64,000 nucleotides of DNA from Camelus ferus. Lineage: Eukaryota. Of the stretch, positions 13,256-26,139 are shown one piece after another. The notes beneath the pieces are model-generated. The model had not been told where the DNA came from and searched no databases. It worked only from the letters and a program-made list of their open reading frames with translations. The DNA lies in assembly GCF_009834535.1 (NCBI RefSeq), contig NC_045697.1:62436001-62500000 (forward strand). Reading direction: 5' to 3'. Position 1 is the stretch's first letter, and every line of letters starts with the position of its first letter. The translations under genes were made by a program, and so were the position numbers.

Positions 13256-14478
13256 CTCTTAAGACTGTTAACACCCAGGCTGTCCACCTAAAACTGCATT
13301 TCTAATTCACACTTACTTCTTTTCCCTCATTGGTACCCCCATTTCCTCTGTGACTTCATGTTTGGTTACTAAATGAGGAAAGGATTAGACTAATTTAAAT
13401 ATGAGATACAGATTAATGAACAGGGTGAATTTGATGGGACACAGAGATAAAGTTGTTAATCTTTCTTTTAAAAATTACTTCCTTCAACTGTTCTCTGTAG
13501 ACATTCCGTTTCTATCCTTTAATGATATCTTGGGAGAAATCCCATAGGTTTCCTGTCACTTTCAGTTATTAAACATCAGTCTGGGCCAGCTTGTACCCAA
13601 TTTAAATCTTTCTCATCCTTCCAATAGGAACAAGACTTTTGGCTCAAAAGAGTTGGAGTTGGAAAGTGAAAAGATCTGATTTAGGGACTTTTTCCCATCC
13701 TCCCTTTCCCTTTTCTGAAGCACTTTTTTTCTACTGAAGACAGAAAAGTGAGATGGGAGAAAAGGGTCAGTCAAATGATGCATTTAATTGGGGTTGGTCT
13801 TTTCCTCTCTTGACTCTGACAGTTGCCTTGGTTGTGACCTCTGAGTGAAAGTACCAAATGCTGATTCTCTCTTGCGGTACATGTATGAATGCTTTAGGAG
13901 ACCCTGCAGGAATCTTTATATGTATAATTTCAGACAAGAAGGCAGATGTCCAAGGTGATTTAGGCTGGAGTTTGGGAGAGGTTTTGCCACTATCTCCCAA
14001 ACTGTAGCACTTAAGTATGCAGCCTCTAATCCATGCATCCATTCCTGGATCTATCACAGTGGAAGAGAACTTATTTGTGCTGTCTTTGTCTTCACGTACT
14101 TCAAATAACGTGGGGACAGAGGCAGACCTAGCATTTGAAAAGTAGAGGAATTAAAATGGCTATAACAAAGATGGGAAAAACCGGCAAAATTTGGAACCAA
14201 CAAAAGCTAAAATATATTTTGTCCAGGCAAGCCAAAATCTTCAGGACTGTATACTCTTAGCTTTCCCAATTGCATCTGCTCTGACAATGTGAATACTCCC
14301 TTCAGAGAAGAAGGATTTTCCTCTTGGGGTCTTTGGGGGTGTCATCAGATTTGTGCGAGCAAGAAGGTGACACATTTGACATCTGGGCTGCCAGAAACGC
14401 CCTAGCCTTTATATATCCCATTCATATAGCTGAGAAAGGTTATTGGTGAAACTTTGATAGAAATCATTACTGCTCTAA

Positions 14479-14620
14479 GGATATATTGTACAGAACAAGG
14501 AATTATAACCATTATCATGTAAGATCATTTAATCGAGTATGGTCTGTAAAGATACTGAATCATTATGCTGTGCACCTGAAACTAATACAGTATTTCCAAT
14601 CACTCTACTTCAATAAAAAA
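14479..14620 (+). mobile_element. L1 extreme 3' end stub (L1MA9/cetartiodactyl-type tail)
   Basis: ggatatattgtacagaacaagga...tgaatcattatgctgtgcacctgaaactaatac...tacttcaataaaaaa. Homologous to the tails of the L1s at 18399 and 55089. Confidence 0.85.
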
Positions 14621-14754
14621 CAATAGTCACTGGAAAAAATTCTATGAAGCTATTAGCAGTTCTTGCCTATAAACCCATAGCAACTTAGCAAGAATCCTAT
14701 GAAAAAGATGGAATAAAATATAGCATGGTGGTTACGCTTTAAAAAATCATAAAA

Positions 14755-16160
14755 ATGTCTTTTATTTTAATGGCTGCATTAAATTTCTGACCTTCATAAT
14801 TTTAGCCAGTTACATTAAGATAGATACTTGTTATTTCCTACTTTTTGTTGTTATAACTAATGCTACTATAAATATACTTGTGCAACATCATCTTACACAT
14901 ATACATGTTTATTTAAAAGCTCTTCCCTGTTTGTCTACTGAGTGCCAGGATGGGGACTGATTGTAACAAACCCACTTACTACCATAAAAGATCTCACAGT
15001 TCAGCAAGGGAGACAAACATGCCACCAGACAGACATAGCCAGGAAAGGGCAGGGATAGCATGGGGGAAAGGTAGAATGTAGCAGGGGAGAGAAAGTCACC
15101 ACCAAATTAGGATAATGCTGAATAAATTACTTCATTTTTAACACGAGGTCAGGGGCTTGTTCTCTGTGGTTCACACTTACTCCTCTGCCCCTGGTGCCTG
15201 GTACAAGGTTTTTCGTAACAGGAGGCTCAGTGACCACTTAGGAAAGGAGTGACTAGATGTTTAGTTCTAACACTAAGATTGGATGCTGGTCCCAACATCT
15301 CTCCTGACTTGCTATGTGAATGTGGGCAAATCATGTTCCTATCTGGACCTTTCTTCCCTCATCAGTTACATGGGAGGTGCCACAGGCATGTAATAGGAGC
15401 TTGGTGGTTAAGACCACAGTTCGTGGATTCAAACATGGATTTTTATCATGCCTATCCACTCCTGGCTGTGTGACCTTCAACAGATTACTTAAAAACACTC
15501 TGTCTTGAATCCCTCATCTATACGATGAGGCTGATATTAATAGTAGCACCTAACTTTTAGAATTATGGAGGAGATATAACAGATAACAAGTATCAAGTGC
15601 TTAGAACAGAGCCTGCTACATAGTAAAGACTAAATTCATGTAAGCTCTGTGCTTCTTTCAAAACATAAGCTTATTTTAATTTCAGGGTGATTGTACATGT
15701 TACTCTACCTGGGATCGTCTTCCCCTAGGTTTTGCCTTTTCTTCATTCTCACCCAGGGAGGGCTTCCCTAATTGGCCATCTAAGGTAGCAAAACTCTGTC
15801 CATCTATTTTCCTTTTCCTGATATTTTTTTCTTTATTCCTCTTACTTTTCTTTATTACATACTTTATAGTATGTGTTTATACCATGTCTCCTTCAATAGA
15901 ACCAACATGGCCCAAAGGGAAGGGAGGTTTTCTTTTTGGTTACTGCTGTATCCTTGGTGTCTAGAAGAAAGTCTGGCACATAGCAAACCTTCAAAATCAA
16001 CTATTGGCTAAATGAAAAAATAGCTCAGTGAGGTGGTTAATATTGTTTTCCCCATTTTACAGATGAAGTGAAGTCATTTGCCCAATATCAGACAGCTAAT
16101 GGATAGTAGATTCAAGATCGAACTTCAGCCATTTGACACAAGAGCTCACTCTCAAGCCAG
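14755..16160. repeat. Patchwork of old repeats inside the insertion: L1ME(-) ~14755-14910, L2(-) ~14930-15090, L2(+) ~15145-15260, two MIR(+) ~15270-15650, L2(+) ~15690-16020, MIR(-) ~16020-16160
   Basis: MIR cores (ctggctgtgtgacctt...cctcatctata; cccattttacagatgaag...tttgcccaa) and L2 tails (ttactgctgtatcc...tctagaa...tctggcacatagc). Confidence 0.75.
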
Positions 16161-18398
16161 GAGTGATTTCTTTTGCACATGATGTAAATGATGCAAGGTC
16201 CTCAAAAATTATTGCTAAACACAAAATTTCACAAAATGACAGTCATATTCTGTTATGTTAGTGGATCAAATAAGTAAAATGTACAACCATCAATGATGAT
16301 CAAATTAAACAGTCATCATGTATGAGTTCCACACAATTATGCATTTTAAATAACAGAAAATTCAAAAATATCTTGTTCAAAGAAGAAATGAAAAAAATAC
16401 TCAGAAAATGTCAGAATTTTTAAGAATGTCTACTGTGTAATAACAAACAATAATTTTCAGCCATGAAGTATTAATGGAATTTCAATAAAAAGATAATGTG
16501 TGCATCTTTGCAAAAAAAAAAATCATTACTGCTCTAAAACAAAGTGTGAGCCAATACTCACTACCAGAAAGCTGTTATGAGGAAGTGTAATTGTACCACA
16601 ATATAGAGCCCAAAGTATTCCACATTCATGTTTGGTTCTTAACAAGGAATTAAAGCTCAGGTTTCTTCTGTAAAGAGTGGAGATCATTTTTTAAAGAGCC
16701 AATATACTTTACTCAGAAAAGGGTTTGCATCTCCATTATGACAAGGGACAAGATGAAATAGTCTTTCTCTCATTAGCTAAAACAAGAGAGATTATATTTA
16801 AAAACAAAAGAGATTTTATGTACTTAATTGTGTGTGCACCCATGCTATAATGAACACTCTCATTCAGCCATTTTGACAACTGTCAGTGTGAACAGCTCCT
16901 TTGAAAACTACCTATCAGGTGTCATCAGAACTTATCTCCTTCTGGGTCAGTAAAATTGTTAAATTTAGGGTCAGCTAGCTCTTTACCTACTAGTCACTTT
17001 TTCACTTGGAAGATGAATCTCCTTTTGGACAACAGAGTCTTGCTTCAGGTCAGGAAGTTTTAATGTTCCTTTCTCTTTCTGTTTCCTGTTTAAACTGGCA
17101 AATTTCCCTATGTCCACACTTTAGTCGAATACCCTTTGCCCTCGGTATTTATTTTCATCAGTTATTCTCTTCCAGTTGCTTTCCTGAGATTCATGAAATA
17201 TTTATCTAGCTGTTTTTATAACAGCCTCAAAAATGGACATAGGCTACTGCCCAAATGTGCACCTGCTCTGAATAAGAGAGTGAGTCAGGGCTCATTGTGC
17301 CAATATGTCCACAGCAGCATCTTGCCCTGTTGTACAAACATCCGATTTCTCTCGCAAGAGCTCTGTGGTTCATCCTGTCTCGTTTGTCCACACTTGGTGA
17401 GTATTGGATATTTAATTAGTAAAGCCATATATTTAAAACCTAATTTTTGACTTTCTGCATTAACAAAATAAAAAAAAAAAATAGAGCTGTATGCAAAGCA
17501 TGCTGTCTACAGAAGACTGAAAAATATTTTAGCAAAAGTTTCAAAATCAAAAGTTACTCTACGCAAGCTCTAAAATGAGTGTACATATTCTAAATAATAA
17601 AATCTGGTTGACTTTGTTGGGTTATTGTTGAAATTTTGTAGAAACTTACACTAATTCCAAAAGGGATACTTGAGAGAATGAATTTTAATAGTACTTTTCA
17701 AAAGTACTTGAAGGTTCTGAGTAAATTGGAATAGGCTTTTCTAGGAATATTACATAATTTTAAACATAAAAATATAGAACATAGTTTTTCAATGTAGACT
17801 CAGTCTGGCATCTTAACAAAGGGAAAGCAGTGAAATCACTGAGGTGTACTGAATGTACATGCATTTTGGCTAGAGGTTGAATGGTCAAATGTTAAAATCA
17901 ACAGATGGCCAAGATGGATATCATAATATAGAAAAAATGTCAAATGGAAAAATAAATGTTATTAAATAAAGTCAAATTATTTAAATTTGTTATAATTTTA
18001 GTCATTGTACTTTAAGGCTTAACATTATACAGTAGGAGCATTTTTTCAGCATTGGTAGCTAGTAGATGCTCCTATGGTAATTGTATTTCATGTTAGTGAG
18101 ACTAAATGAACCTTCATTTTCAGCTGAGATTGTGGAGGAGCAAATTCATTTGTTTGGCTCCTATAATCTAGGGCACAGCTGATTTAACAATGTAACCGAG
18201 TCATTGACCCTCCTCCCCCAATTATAACTAAGTTTCCCACCTCTTCAGCTCCTAGATTAGATGGTGATGATGAGGTGATGCTAATGATGTAGTCCCACAA
18301 ATTGATCCTCTGTATCCATCCTGAAGAAGATGCTGTCTGAAAATTTTCAGAAGCAGTCTTTCAATTGTGAATCTCACATTTTTATATCTAATGTTTTC

Positions 18399-20240
18399 TT
18401 TTCTATTGAGGTATAGTTGATTTATAATAATAAGATTTAGGTGTACAACATTGATTCATAATTTTAAAGGTTATATCCCATTTATAGTTATTATAAAATA
18501 TTGGCTATGTTCCTTGTGTTGTACTATATATCCTTGTAGCTTATTTATTTCATACATAGTAGTATCTCTTCAACCCCTACCCCTATCTTGCCTCTCCTCC
18601 CTTCCCTCTCCCCACTGGTAACCAAGCTTTTTCTCTATATCTGTGAATCTGCTTCTGTTTTTTTATTGTCACTAGTTAGTTTTATTCTTTTAGATTCTAC
18701 AAGTGATATCATACATTATTTGTCTTTCTCAATCTGATTTATTTCACTTAGCATAACACCCTCCAAGTCCATCTATATTGCTGCAAATGACAAAATTTCA
18801 TTCTTTTTTATGGCTGAGTAGTATTTCATTGTGTGTGTGTGTGTATGTGTGTGTGTGTGAGTGTGTGTGCACACATCAATTCTTTATCCATTCATCTGGT
18901 GATGGACACTTAGTTTGCTTCCATATCTTTTCTAATTTATGTTTTCCTTTTTTTAAATACCCAAGAGTGGAATTGCTGAGCCATATGGCAGTTCTAGTTT
19001 TAGTTTTTTGAGAAACCTCTATACTGTTCTCCATATTGGCTGTACCAATTTACATTTCCACCAACAATGTACTAAAGTTCCCTTTTCTTCACATTCTTGC
19101 CAGCCTTTGTTATGTGGTCTTTTTGATGACAGTCATGCTGACAGGTGTGAGATAATGTCTCCTTGTGGTTTTAGTTTGTATTTCTCTGATGATTAACAAT
19201 GTTGAGCATTTTTTCATGTGCCTTTTTGCCATCTGTATGTCTTTCTTGGAAAAATGTCTATTCTGGTCTTTGGCCCATTTTAAAATCCAGTTGTTTGATG
19301 TAAGTATTGCTTCCCCGGCTTCCTTTTGATTTATGCTTACATGGAATACCTTTTCCATCCCCTCACTTTCAGTCTGTGTGTGTCTTTAGATCTGAATTGA
19401 GTACCTTGTAGGCAGCTTTTATATAGGTTTTGTTCTTTTTAACCATTCAGAGGTGGATATGGGTTCATGGGTTCTTAAGGCAGCCTGTCTGTTCATGTGT
19501 GGGGCTGTGTCTCTGTCCATTAGTTGCTCAGCCTGAGGCATCCAAGCACTGGCACGTGCAGATAGTTGGGCCAGGGTGGGGCTGTGTCTTGGGGCTAATA
19601 AAATAGAAGGAAGATTCCAAAGTGGTGCTTTCCTGCACCAGTGTCCATGTAGTAGAAGGCACTTCCACAAATGGCTGCCACCAGTGTCTATGTCCCAAGG
19701 GAGAGCAGTAGTTGCTTCCTGCGTCTCTGGGAGAATCTCGAGGATCAGCAAGTGGGTCTGACCCAGGTTCCTATTCAAATTACCGCTTCCGCCCTGGGTT
19801 CTGGAGTGTGCAAGATTTTGTGTCCACTCTTTACAAGTGAAGTCTCTATTTTCCCCAGCCATCTGGAATTCCCAAAAGTAAGCCTGGCTGGCCTTCAAAA
19901 CCAAATGCTCTGGGGGCTTGTCTTCCTGGTGCAGGATCCCAGGGCTAGTGAGCCTGACGCAGGGCTCTTGCTCCTTTGAGACAGCCTCTGCAGTTGTGAT
20001 TATTCTCCTGTTTGTGAATCACCCACCTAGGGGTTTAGGATTTGACTATAGGGTGATTCCACCTCTCCTACCCTGATTGTTGTGGTTCCTTCTTTATATC
20101 TTTAGTTGTAGAAGATATTTTCTGTTAGGTTATGGTCTTTTTCATTAATGGTTGTCCTGCAAATAGTTGTGATTTTGGTGTGCTTGTGAGTGGAGGTGAG
20201 CTCAGAGTCTTTCTATTCCACCATCTTGCTCCGTCTCCCC
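18399..20240 (-). mobile_element. Internally deleted cetartiodactyl-type L1 retaining the 5'UTR, a ~150-bp endonuclease fragment, the ORF2 C-terminus and the 3'UTR
   Basis: Minus strand starts GGGGAGACGGAGCAAGATGG (YY1-type L1 start). ORF 19110-19358 joins the EN-like motif ([14 protein letters not shown]) to the C-terminal motif ([18 protein letters not shown]). Degenerate TSD at 18384-18398 / 20241-20255. Confidence 0.88.
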
Positions 20241-20789
20241 ATCTCTAGTATTTTCACATGCATTTTCTGCTTCACACAATCACTTGAGAAGAATTTGTCC
20301 TTAAACCAGGGACTAGAATTTTGACAATAGAAAAATATGGTTGACTTTCAGGATAATAAAACTTTTCTTGAATTCCTATCTGCCATGAGTGTTTCTGTTT
20401 CTCGTTGGCAAGTATGACATTTCCCTGGAGAGGAATGATGAGAGGGTCTGTCCATTAGGTAACGTGTAAGAAATACTCCCACCCTGTGATATATTGTTTT
20501 GATTTCTTCAGCAGGTTTCAATAAAGGAAAGCTTGGCAAGCAACCACTGGTTGTCAGTATATCCTGAGTGGTTGGTATTGTTATCTGCAAAGTATGTAGT
20601 AAGGTTTGCTTTCTATTGTTCATACAACCTTTGAACGTGTAATGGCTTTCATTCTGTCTTGGTTGAACATCCTAAATAAGTACAAGATAAGTTTAAAATA
20701 TCTTGATAACATGTAGCTGATCTTTGCTGATGTAGATTTTCATTGCAATTTTACCTTTTTGGTGATTACCAATATTTTAAATTAAATAT

Positions 20790-20945
20790 TTAAATGTTCA
20801 TAATGAATTTAAGATAGATGGATAGACATCTGATAAAGCAAGTATAGTAAAAATTTTTATAAATGTAGAATCTAAATAGTAGATACATGGTGTCACTGTA
20901 ATGCTTTTTCAACCTTTCTATGTTTGAAAATTTTTATAGTCAGGA
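20790..20945 (+). mobile_element. Old L1 (L1MC/ME) 3' tail fragment
   Basis: tgataaagcaagtatagtaaaa...tgtagaatctaaatagt...tcactgtaa...tttcaacctttctatgtttgaaaatttt. Confidence 0.65.
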
Positions 20946-20977
20946 AAAATAATAATTCAAAACAATATGCCTTATAT

Positions 20978-21346
20978 TGTAGGTCAGGACTCAGAAAAAT
21001 ACTCGGATTTGCAAAGTTCATTGGGAGTGTTCAGATATGATGCCTGTAAAGGATGGGCAAAGCAAAATAAGGTACAGGGAGAAGTTGCAAAAGAGGCTTC
21101 AGTTGATCTTAAGGGGTGTTTGGAAGCTAGCAAAACTCTTTAGAGTACCAAGTGAGTCAAGGGACCAAAGCCTTTAAACCCCAATTCAACCAGTTATAGA
21201 AGTAGTCTGACTGCAGGGAGTGGGTATAACCTTGGGCAAGGCAGCTTCCTTCAGTGGGAGGCAACTCATGGGGAAGGACTCAGCAATGAGCCTCAGCAGT
21301 CAACACTCCAAGCTGCAGGAAGAATGTAGCACAGTGTACACTGCAA
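20978..21346 (-). mobile_element. ERVL solo LTR (LTR16-like)
   Basis: cagggagaagttg...gaggcttcagttgatc...ggaagctag...taaccttgggcaaggcagct...cagcagtcaacactcc. Confidence 0.7.
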
Positions 21347-21789
21347 CTTACTCATTTTTTAAATGATATTAAAGTGACCGTATATAAAGGTTACCTGCAT
21401 AATCATATATATTTATCACATATGAGTTCATATTCAGTTGAAGCCAAAGAGTAGCACCATACTTTGGTAGTACCCTTGGCAAGACCAAATTGTGGCATAA
21501 CTTATACATATTGGTATTTGGAAAGATTGATTTTTTTTCCAGAAAATCAATCAGTAAATTATTTTGAAAAAACAAAGCAACACCGTGCAAGTTAAAGAAA
21601 TTTATTTTAATTGAATTTAGAACTGCTAATGCATTTCATAGAAACTTGTCTATGTCCACTATGAAAATCTCCATGTTATTTTTCCCTTTATGATTGAGTC
21701 ACCTCCTTGAACAACATTCCAATTAAATGTAGAGATATCGAGGTCAATTATATAAATAAGGATACTATTAAATGAATTCATTTAGTATG

Positions 21790-21930
21790 ATAGTTGCTTA
21801 CTTCTCATGTATCAGAAATTGGTCATATTCTTTAAATATATTACATTTATTATACCTGGCAAGTCTGAAGGGTAAGTATTATTACTCATTGAGACACATA
21901 GGAAACTGAGAATTTAAAAGATTTGTGAAT
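21790..21930 (-). mobile_element. MIR fragment
   Basis: gaagggtaagtattattactcatt...ataggaaactgag. Confidence 0.5.
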
Positions 21931-22112
21931 TTTTTCTATTTCTTCTTTTTTCATAACTTGCAAACTTTGGTGGTCATAAAGCATAGACAGAGGTGAGAAA
22001 TGTGACCATCATTGGTAGCTATATCATTATGTTTGTGGGCAGAGGTCATAACTCGTTATGAGTCATAATGGCATTTATTCTTTGACTATAGTGGTCACGA
22101 GGATGATTTCTT

Positions 22113-22768
22113 TTTTCTTTCATCGTGATAAAAAAACACACATAACATGAGCTTTATCCTCTTAACAAATGTGTACATAACTGTTTTGGTAACTATAAGT
22201 GCAATATTGTACACCAGATCTCTAGAAACTTTTTATCTTGCACAAATGAAACTTTATGCACATTGAATAGCAACTTCCCACTTCTGCCTCCTCCCATCTC
22301 TTGGCAAACCACCATTCTATTTTCTGTATTGATGAGTCTGACTCCTTAAGATACCTCATATAAGTGAAATCATGTAGTAATTGTTCTTTAATGACTGGCT
22401 TATTTCACTTAGCAAGATGTCCTCTAGACTCATTTATTTTGTAGCATATGGCAGGATTTCCTTTTTAAGGCTAAATAATATTCCATTGTATGTATATTCC
22501 ACATTTTGTTTACCCTTTTATCTACTGGTGGGCATTTTACTTCTTCATCTTGACTGTTGTGAACAACACTGCAATGAACATTGGAGTGCAGATATCAATT
22601 TTATTTTCTCTTCAAGTCTTCTGGATAAATACTCAGAAGTAGGATTGTTGGATCATATGACAGTTTTATTTTTAACTTTCTGAGGAACCTTCATATAGTT
22701 TTCTGTAGCAACTATTCCATTTTATATTCCCACCAACAGTGTACAAGAATTTCAATTTCTTTACAAGA
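22113..22768 (-). mobile_element. L1MB-like 3' end, 5'-truncated, with TSD
   Basis: cagatctctagaa, gactggcttatttcacttagc and ggattgttggatcatatg motifs. Direct repeat GATGATTTCTT at 22102-22112 and 22769-22779. Confidence 0.88.
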
Positions 22769-24183
22769 GATGATTTCTTAAAACATTTTTTTGTGTTGAC
22801 TTCAAAGTGGTTCAGTGAACCCAGGTATTAATTGGGTAACATTACTGCTAGGTTTCTGGACATCCATCCTAATGCATGGCTGCACTAAAAACCTCTAGGT
22901 AAAATAAAATGATGGCTTTCCTTTGTTCCATATCAGAGTGTATTTTGAGGTGCTATGGAGTTGTAACTCCTAGTCCAAGAATCACTGATATATAAGTTCA
23001 AAAATGATGTAGTGATCTGTTTATAATTTAAAAAATTATTATGGAAAAGCAAAAGATGAACTATGACTTTGGATATGATATCTTAAATTAAAAAGATACA
23101 TGTGACAGGAAACTCTGTTATTATTGCTGCTAATAGCAAAAAAGGTCATACAGTATTCCCTCATGAGACTGTCAACTAGGGCGTCCATCAAAAATAAGAG
23201 GAATTTTGTTGAACACAAAAGCAGCCCTAGGTAGCGTTTAAATCATTGTGGAGGAGTGTGACTCAGAAGTCAGTGAATTCTGAAAGTGCACATGTTATTT
23301 CTTCCTTTCCTGATTGAGCCACTGCCTAACAGAACAGTCCAATTAAACAAGCTGGTGTTCTGGATGTTACTTATGTCTGGGAATCACATTTGGGAAATAC
23401 GTACAGGGTCATTGCTAATGAACATCACCGACCATACAGTGTGCCGTGTAAGACTTCCCTATCAGCACTAGTGACGTTTAAACGTGGGATATCACAGTAC
23501 TGGTGACAGTTTGAAAACGAGGTGCTAGAACCCAAGAGACTATGTCAGCTGATGTGTTGATAATTGCCAATTGAAATGTAGTTCTGACCTATTGATAAAA
23601 AAAAAAAAAAAAAAAAAAAAAAGACTGCCCAAGGCACAGTGGAATTATCTTGGACCTTCTAGCACCCTTAGAAGAAAAACACTAATACATGAGTATAGCA
23701 TCTCTCTGAATGTGCAAGTTATTCTAACTCTGAAAACTGGGGTAAGGGAGGAGCCATTTGAAATGAAGTTAATGCCAAAGCATGAGGATGAGAATTTCCA
23801 TCCCGTGGCCATAATTTGGGACTGTAGAAGTAGAAAATCAGAAGGGAAAATCAGGGACAGAGTATCTGCTTAGTGTGAGGGCTGAGATGAAAACCAGTTT
23901 CCAATGGGACAAATCTGAAGAACTGAGAATGACCAAGGAAAGGCAGAAGAAGGAAAAGTGAAAGAATAATCACATGTTTTTTAACAGCCTGACCATAATC
24001 AGAAGAGGAGGGTGAAGGTTTACAGGTAAGTAGAGGGCTTACCCATTACATGCTCAATAGTGATTGCACGATTAAGATTTGCACCTCAGAGATGAGGGAG
24101 CAAGGGTAGAAATTCTGAAATGAAACCTACTGATATTGATCATCTAAGTGCTGGATTCATATTTAGAGTAATTTCCTTTTTAC

Positions 24184-24882
24184 TGTTGGGGAAATACAAC
24201 TAAAAACAAGATCTTCTCCCAACCCAGAAATTCTCTCCACAAAGACTGAAGAAAATAATTTTACTTCTGAATAAGCATAAGAATATGATGTACATCCTAG
24301 GCAGGCCACTAAGAGGTGGCAAAGATAGAAAGAAACCTCAGCCTTTTATAGACTTACACAGATACAACCCATTACATACATGTTCTCAAGAGAAACAATA
24401 ACTAATCATCAGGTAAGAGGACTTAATAGCACCATTTCTTACACGCAGTCCATCCTAGTTTCATCTGGTAATTGGGGTGACCATCTGTGCTAACTCACTG
24501 GATTTACCAGAGAAAAAATTAACTTCCCATATCTTTATAACAGGTGATAGTTTTGCAGCTTGGAACAAGACATCCACTGAAGTTAGCTTCCTACCTTCAT
24601 ATGGAAACTGGGAGATGAGCTTTTTTTTTTTTTTTTTTTTAACGTTCACATTTTAAAGAGATGTCTTTCAGGTCCTTGAGAGAGACAAGTTTGGTCATAA
24701 AGTTGGCAAAAGTCCCGTCTAGTTTTCAAAAGGATTTGTATACATTTCAAAAAGAAGAGAAAAAACTTATAATTACAAGTTTTCTAAAGTAAATACTCTA
24801 AGAAAAAGTGATGGTAAATCTGTTCTCTTATTTTTAACAGGGACAGTTAAGCCTCTTATTTTAATTTGTATTTGTCTTTGCA
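24184..24882 (-). mobile_element. ERV1-class solo LTR (MER90-like)
   Basis: TG...CA termini with 4-bp TSD TTAC (24180-24183, 24883-24886). TATAAAAG on the minus strand. Body matches my recollection of MER90. Confidence 0.85.
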
Positions 24883-26139
24883 TTACTTATCAGACACATT
24901 TCTGGCAAGTTCTATTCTCTGGCACAATAACTTGACATTTCTAAGTATTATGACTCCTTCTTAACATAAATGTATACACACACACACACAGAGTCTCTGT
25001 GTGACAGTACTTGTGTATTTATTACCTACTTATTGAGAAAATGCATACTAATCAAACACTACTATGAATTCAGATACTCTTTTAGATCAATTTGTGTTTT
25101 TCACTCCAAATATTATCTACATCCATTTTAAAATGAGTAGCATCTTTGTATGCAAAGCATAATGGTTCATTTAATAAAGTTACATTCCTTGAAATAACTC
25201 AACAGCTCCCACTCCATCAGTGGCTCAAAATATGGAAATCAGTAGTATTAACTAAAATAGCTTTTGATCAGCTGAAATTGTTAAAAGGATTACCTAGGCA
25301 CTGAAATTTTACATTTCAATATCAAATTGCATTTCAAAATCAATTACTTGACTAACAAGGAATGAGCCCCAGACTTACTCCTCATTTAGCTCTTCCTGAT
25401 TCCAATTTACACAAAATTTGGCAGATCTGATTATCTGAAGTAGAAGACCATTGTAAAGAGGGTCTGCAACAGGGAATAACTAATAAAAGAAGTGTAGAGG
25501 ATAAAATTGTCATGTCTGAGATTGACATTGTATTTGATGAATCACTAGGGAGCTTCAATAGAGGTCAACTAATATCCAGAAACTTTTGCTTAAAAGAAAA
25601 TGAATAATACAAATAGATTTTCTTTTCAAATCAGTTGATGCTTTTTTGACATTTGATGGTTAAAAGAGCTTGCCCTTTAAGACACACTCTCCTCTAACAC
25701 CTTTCTTCCCCTGTTATGAAATGTATTTACTTGGGACTCGTTTCTCCAATGAAACTTCAAGCTAGAGTGTTTTAATTATGGAGTGACTATGGTGCTTTCT
25801 GTCTCAAATGGAGTTTTAATATTTTCCTATTTAATATGGCTGCCCTAAGAATGGGAATCTAGGCTTGTGCCAGGGGCTAGGGTTGTGGTGATGTTTGTGG
25901 GGTGTAATTTTCCTGAGTTCGGGTAGCCATCATCATTCCTCAGACTTACCCCAGGTTTGGGGATTATTGGGAAGGACGGGCCATATAAATGTCCAGCAGT
26001 TCTGATAAGGTCTCTATGCTGTACATCGAAATTATTGATTCCTGGAGTGAAATATTTACCCAGAACAGGAATAAGCTGCATGTATCAGCTTATAATATAT
26101 ATATATATCTCCTATATATGTTTACTGTTTAAAATATTT

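Larger units (their letters stand above)
14461..16537 (+). mobile_element. L1-mediated insertion (3' transduction or retrocopy) including both TSD copies
   Basis: Perfect direct repeat AAATCATTACTGCTCTAA at 14461-14478 and 16520-16537; L1 3' stub at the start; AATAAA at 16484-16489; A-run at 16512-16522. Confidence 0.85.

Noticed and set aside
19419..19979. Overlapping ORFs of 161, 102 and 61 aa
   Set aside because: They lie in the GC-rich L1 5'UTR. No evidence of function.
23597..23622. Long poly(A), and other A/T runs near 1968, 3755, 11967 and 24620, as retrocopy tails
   Set aside because: No associated retrocopy body or TSD found. Treated as mononucleotide repeats.
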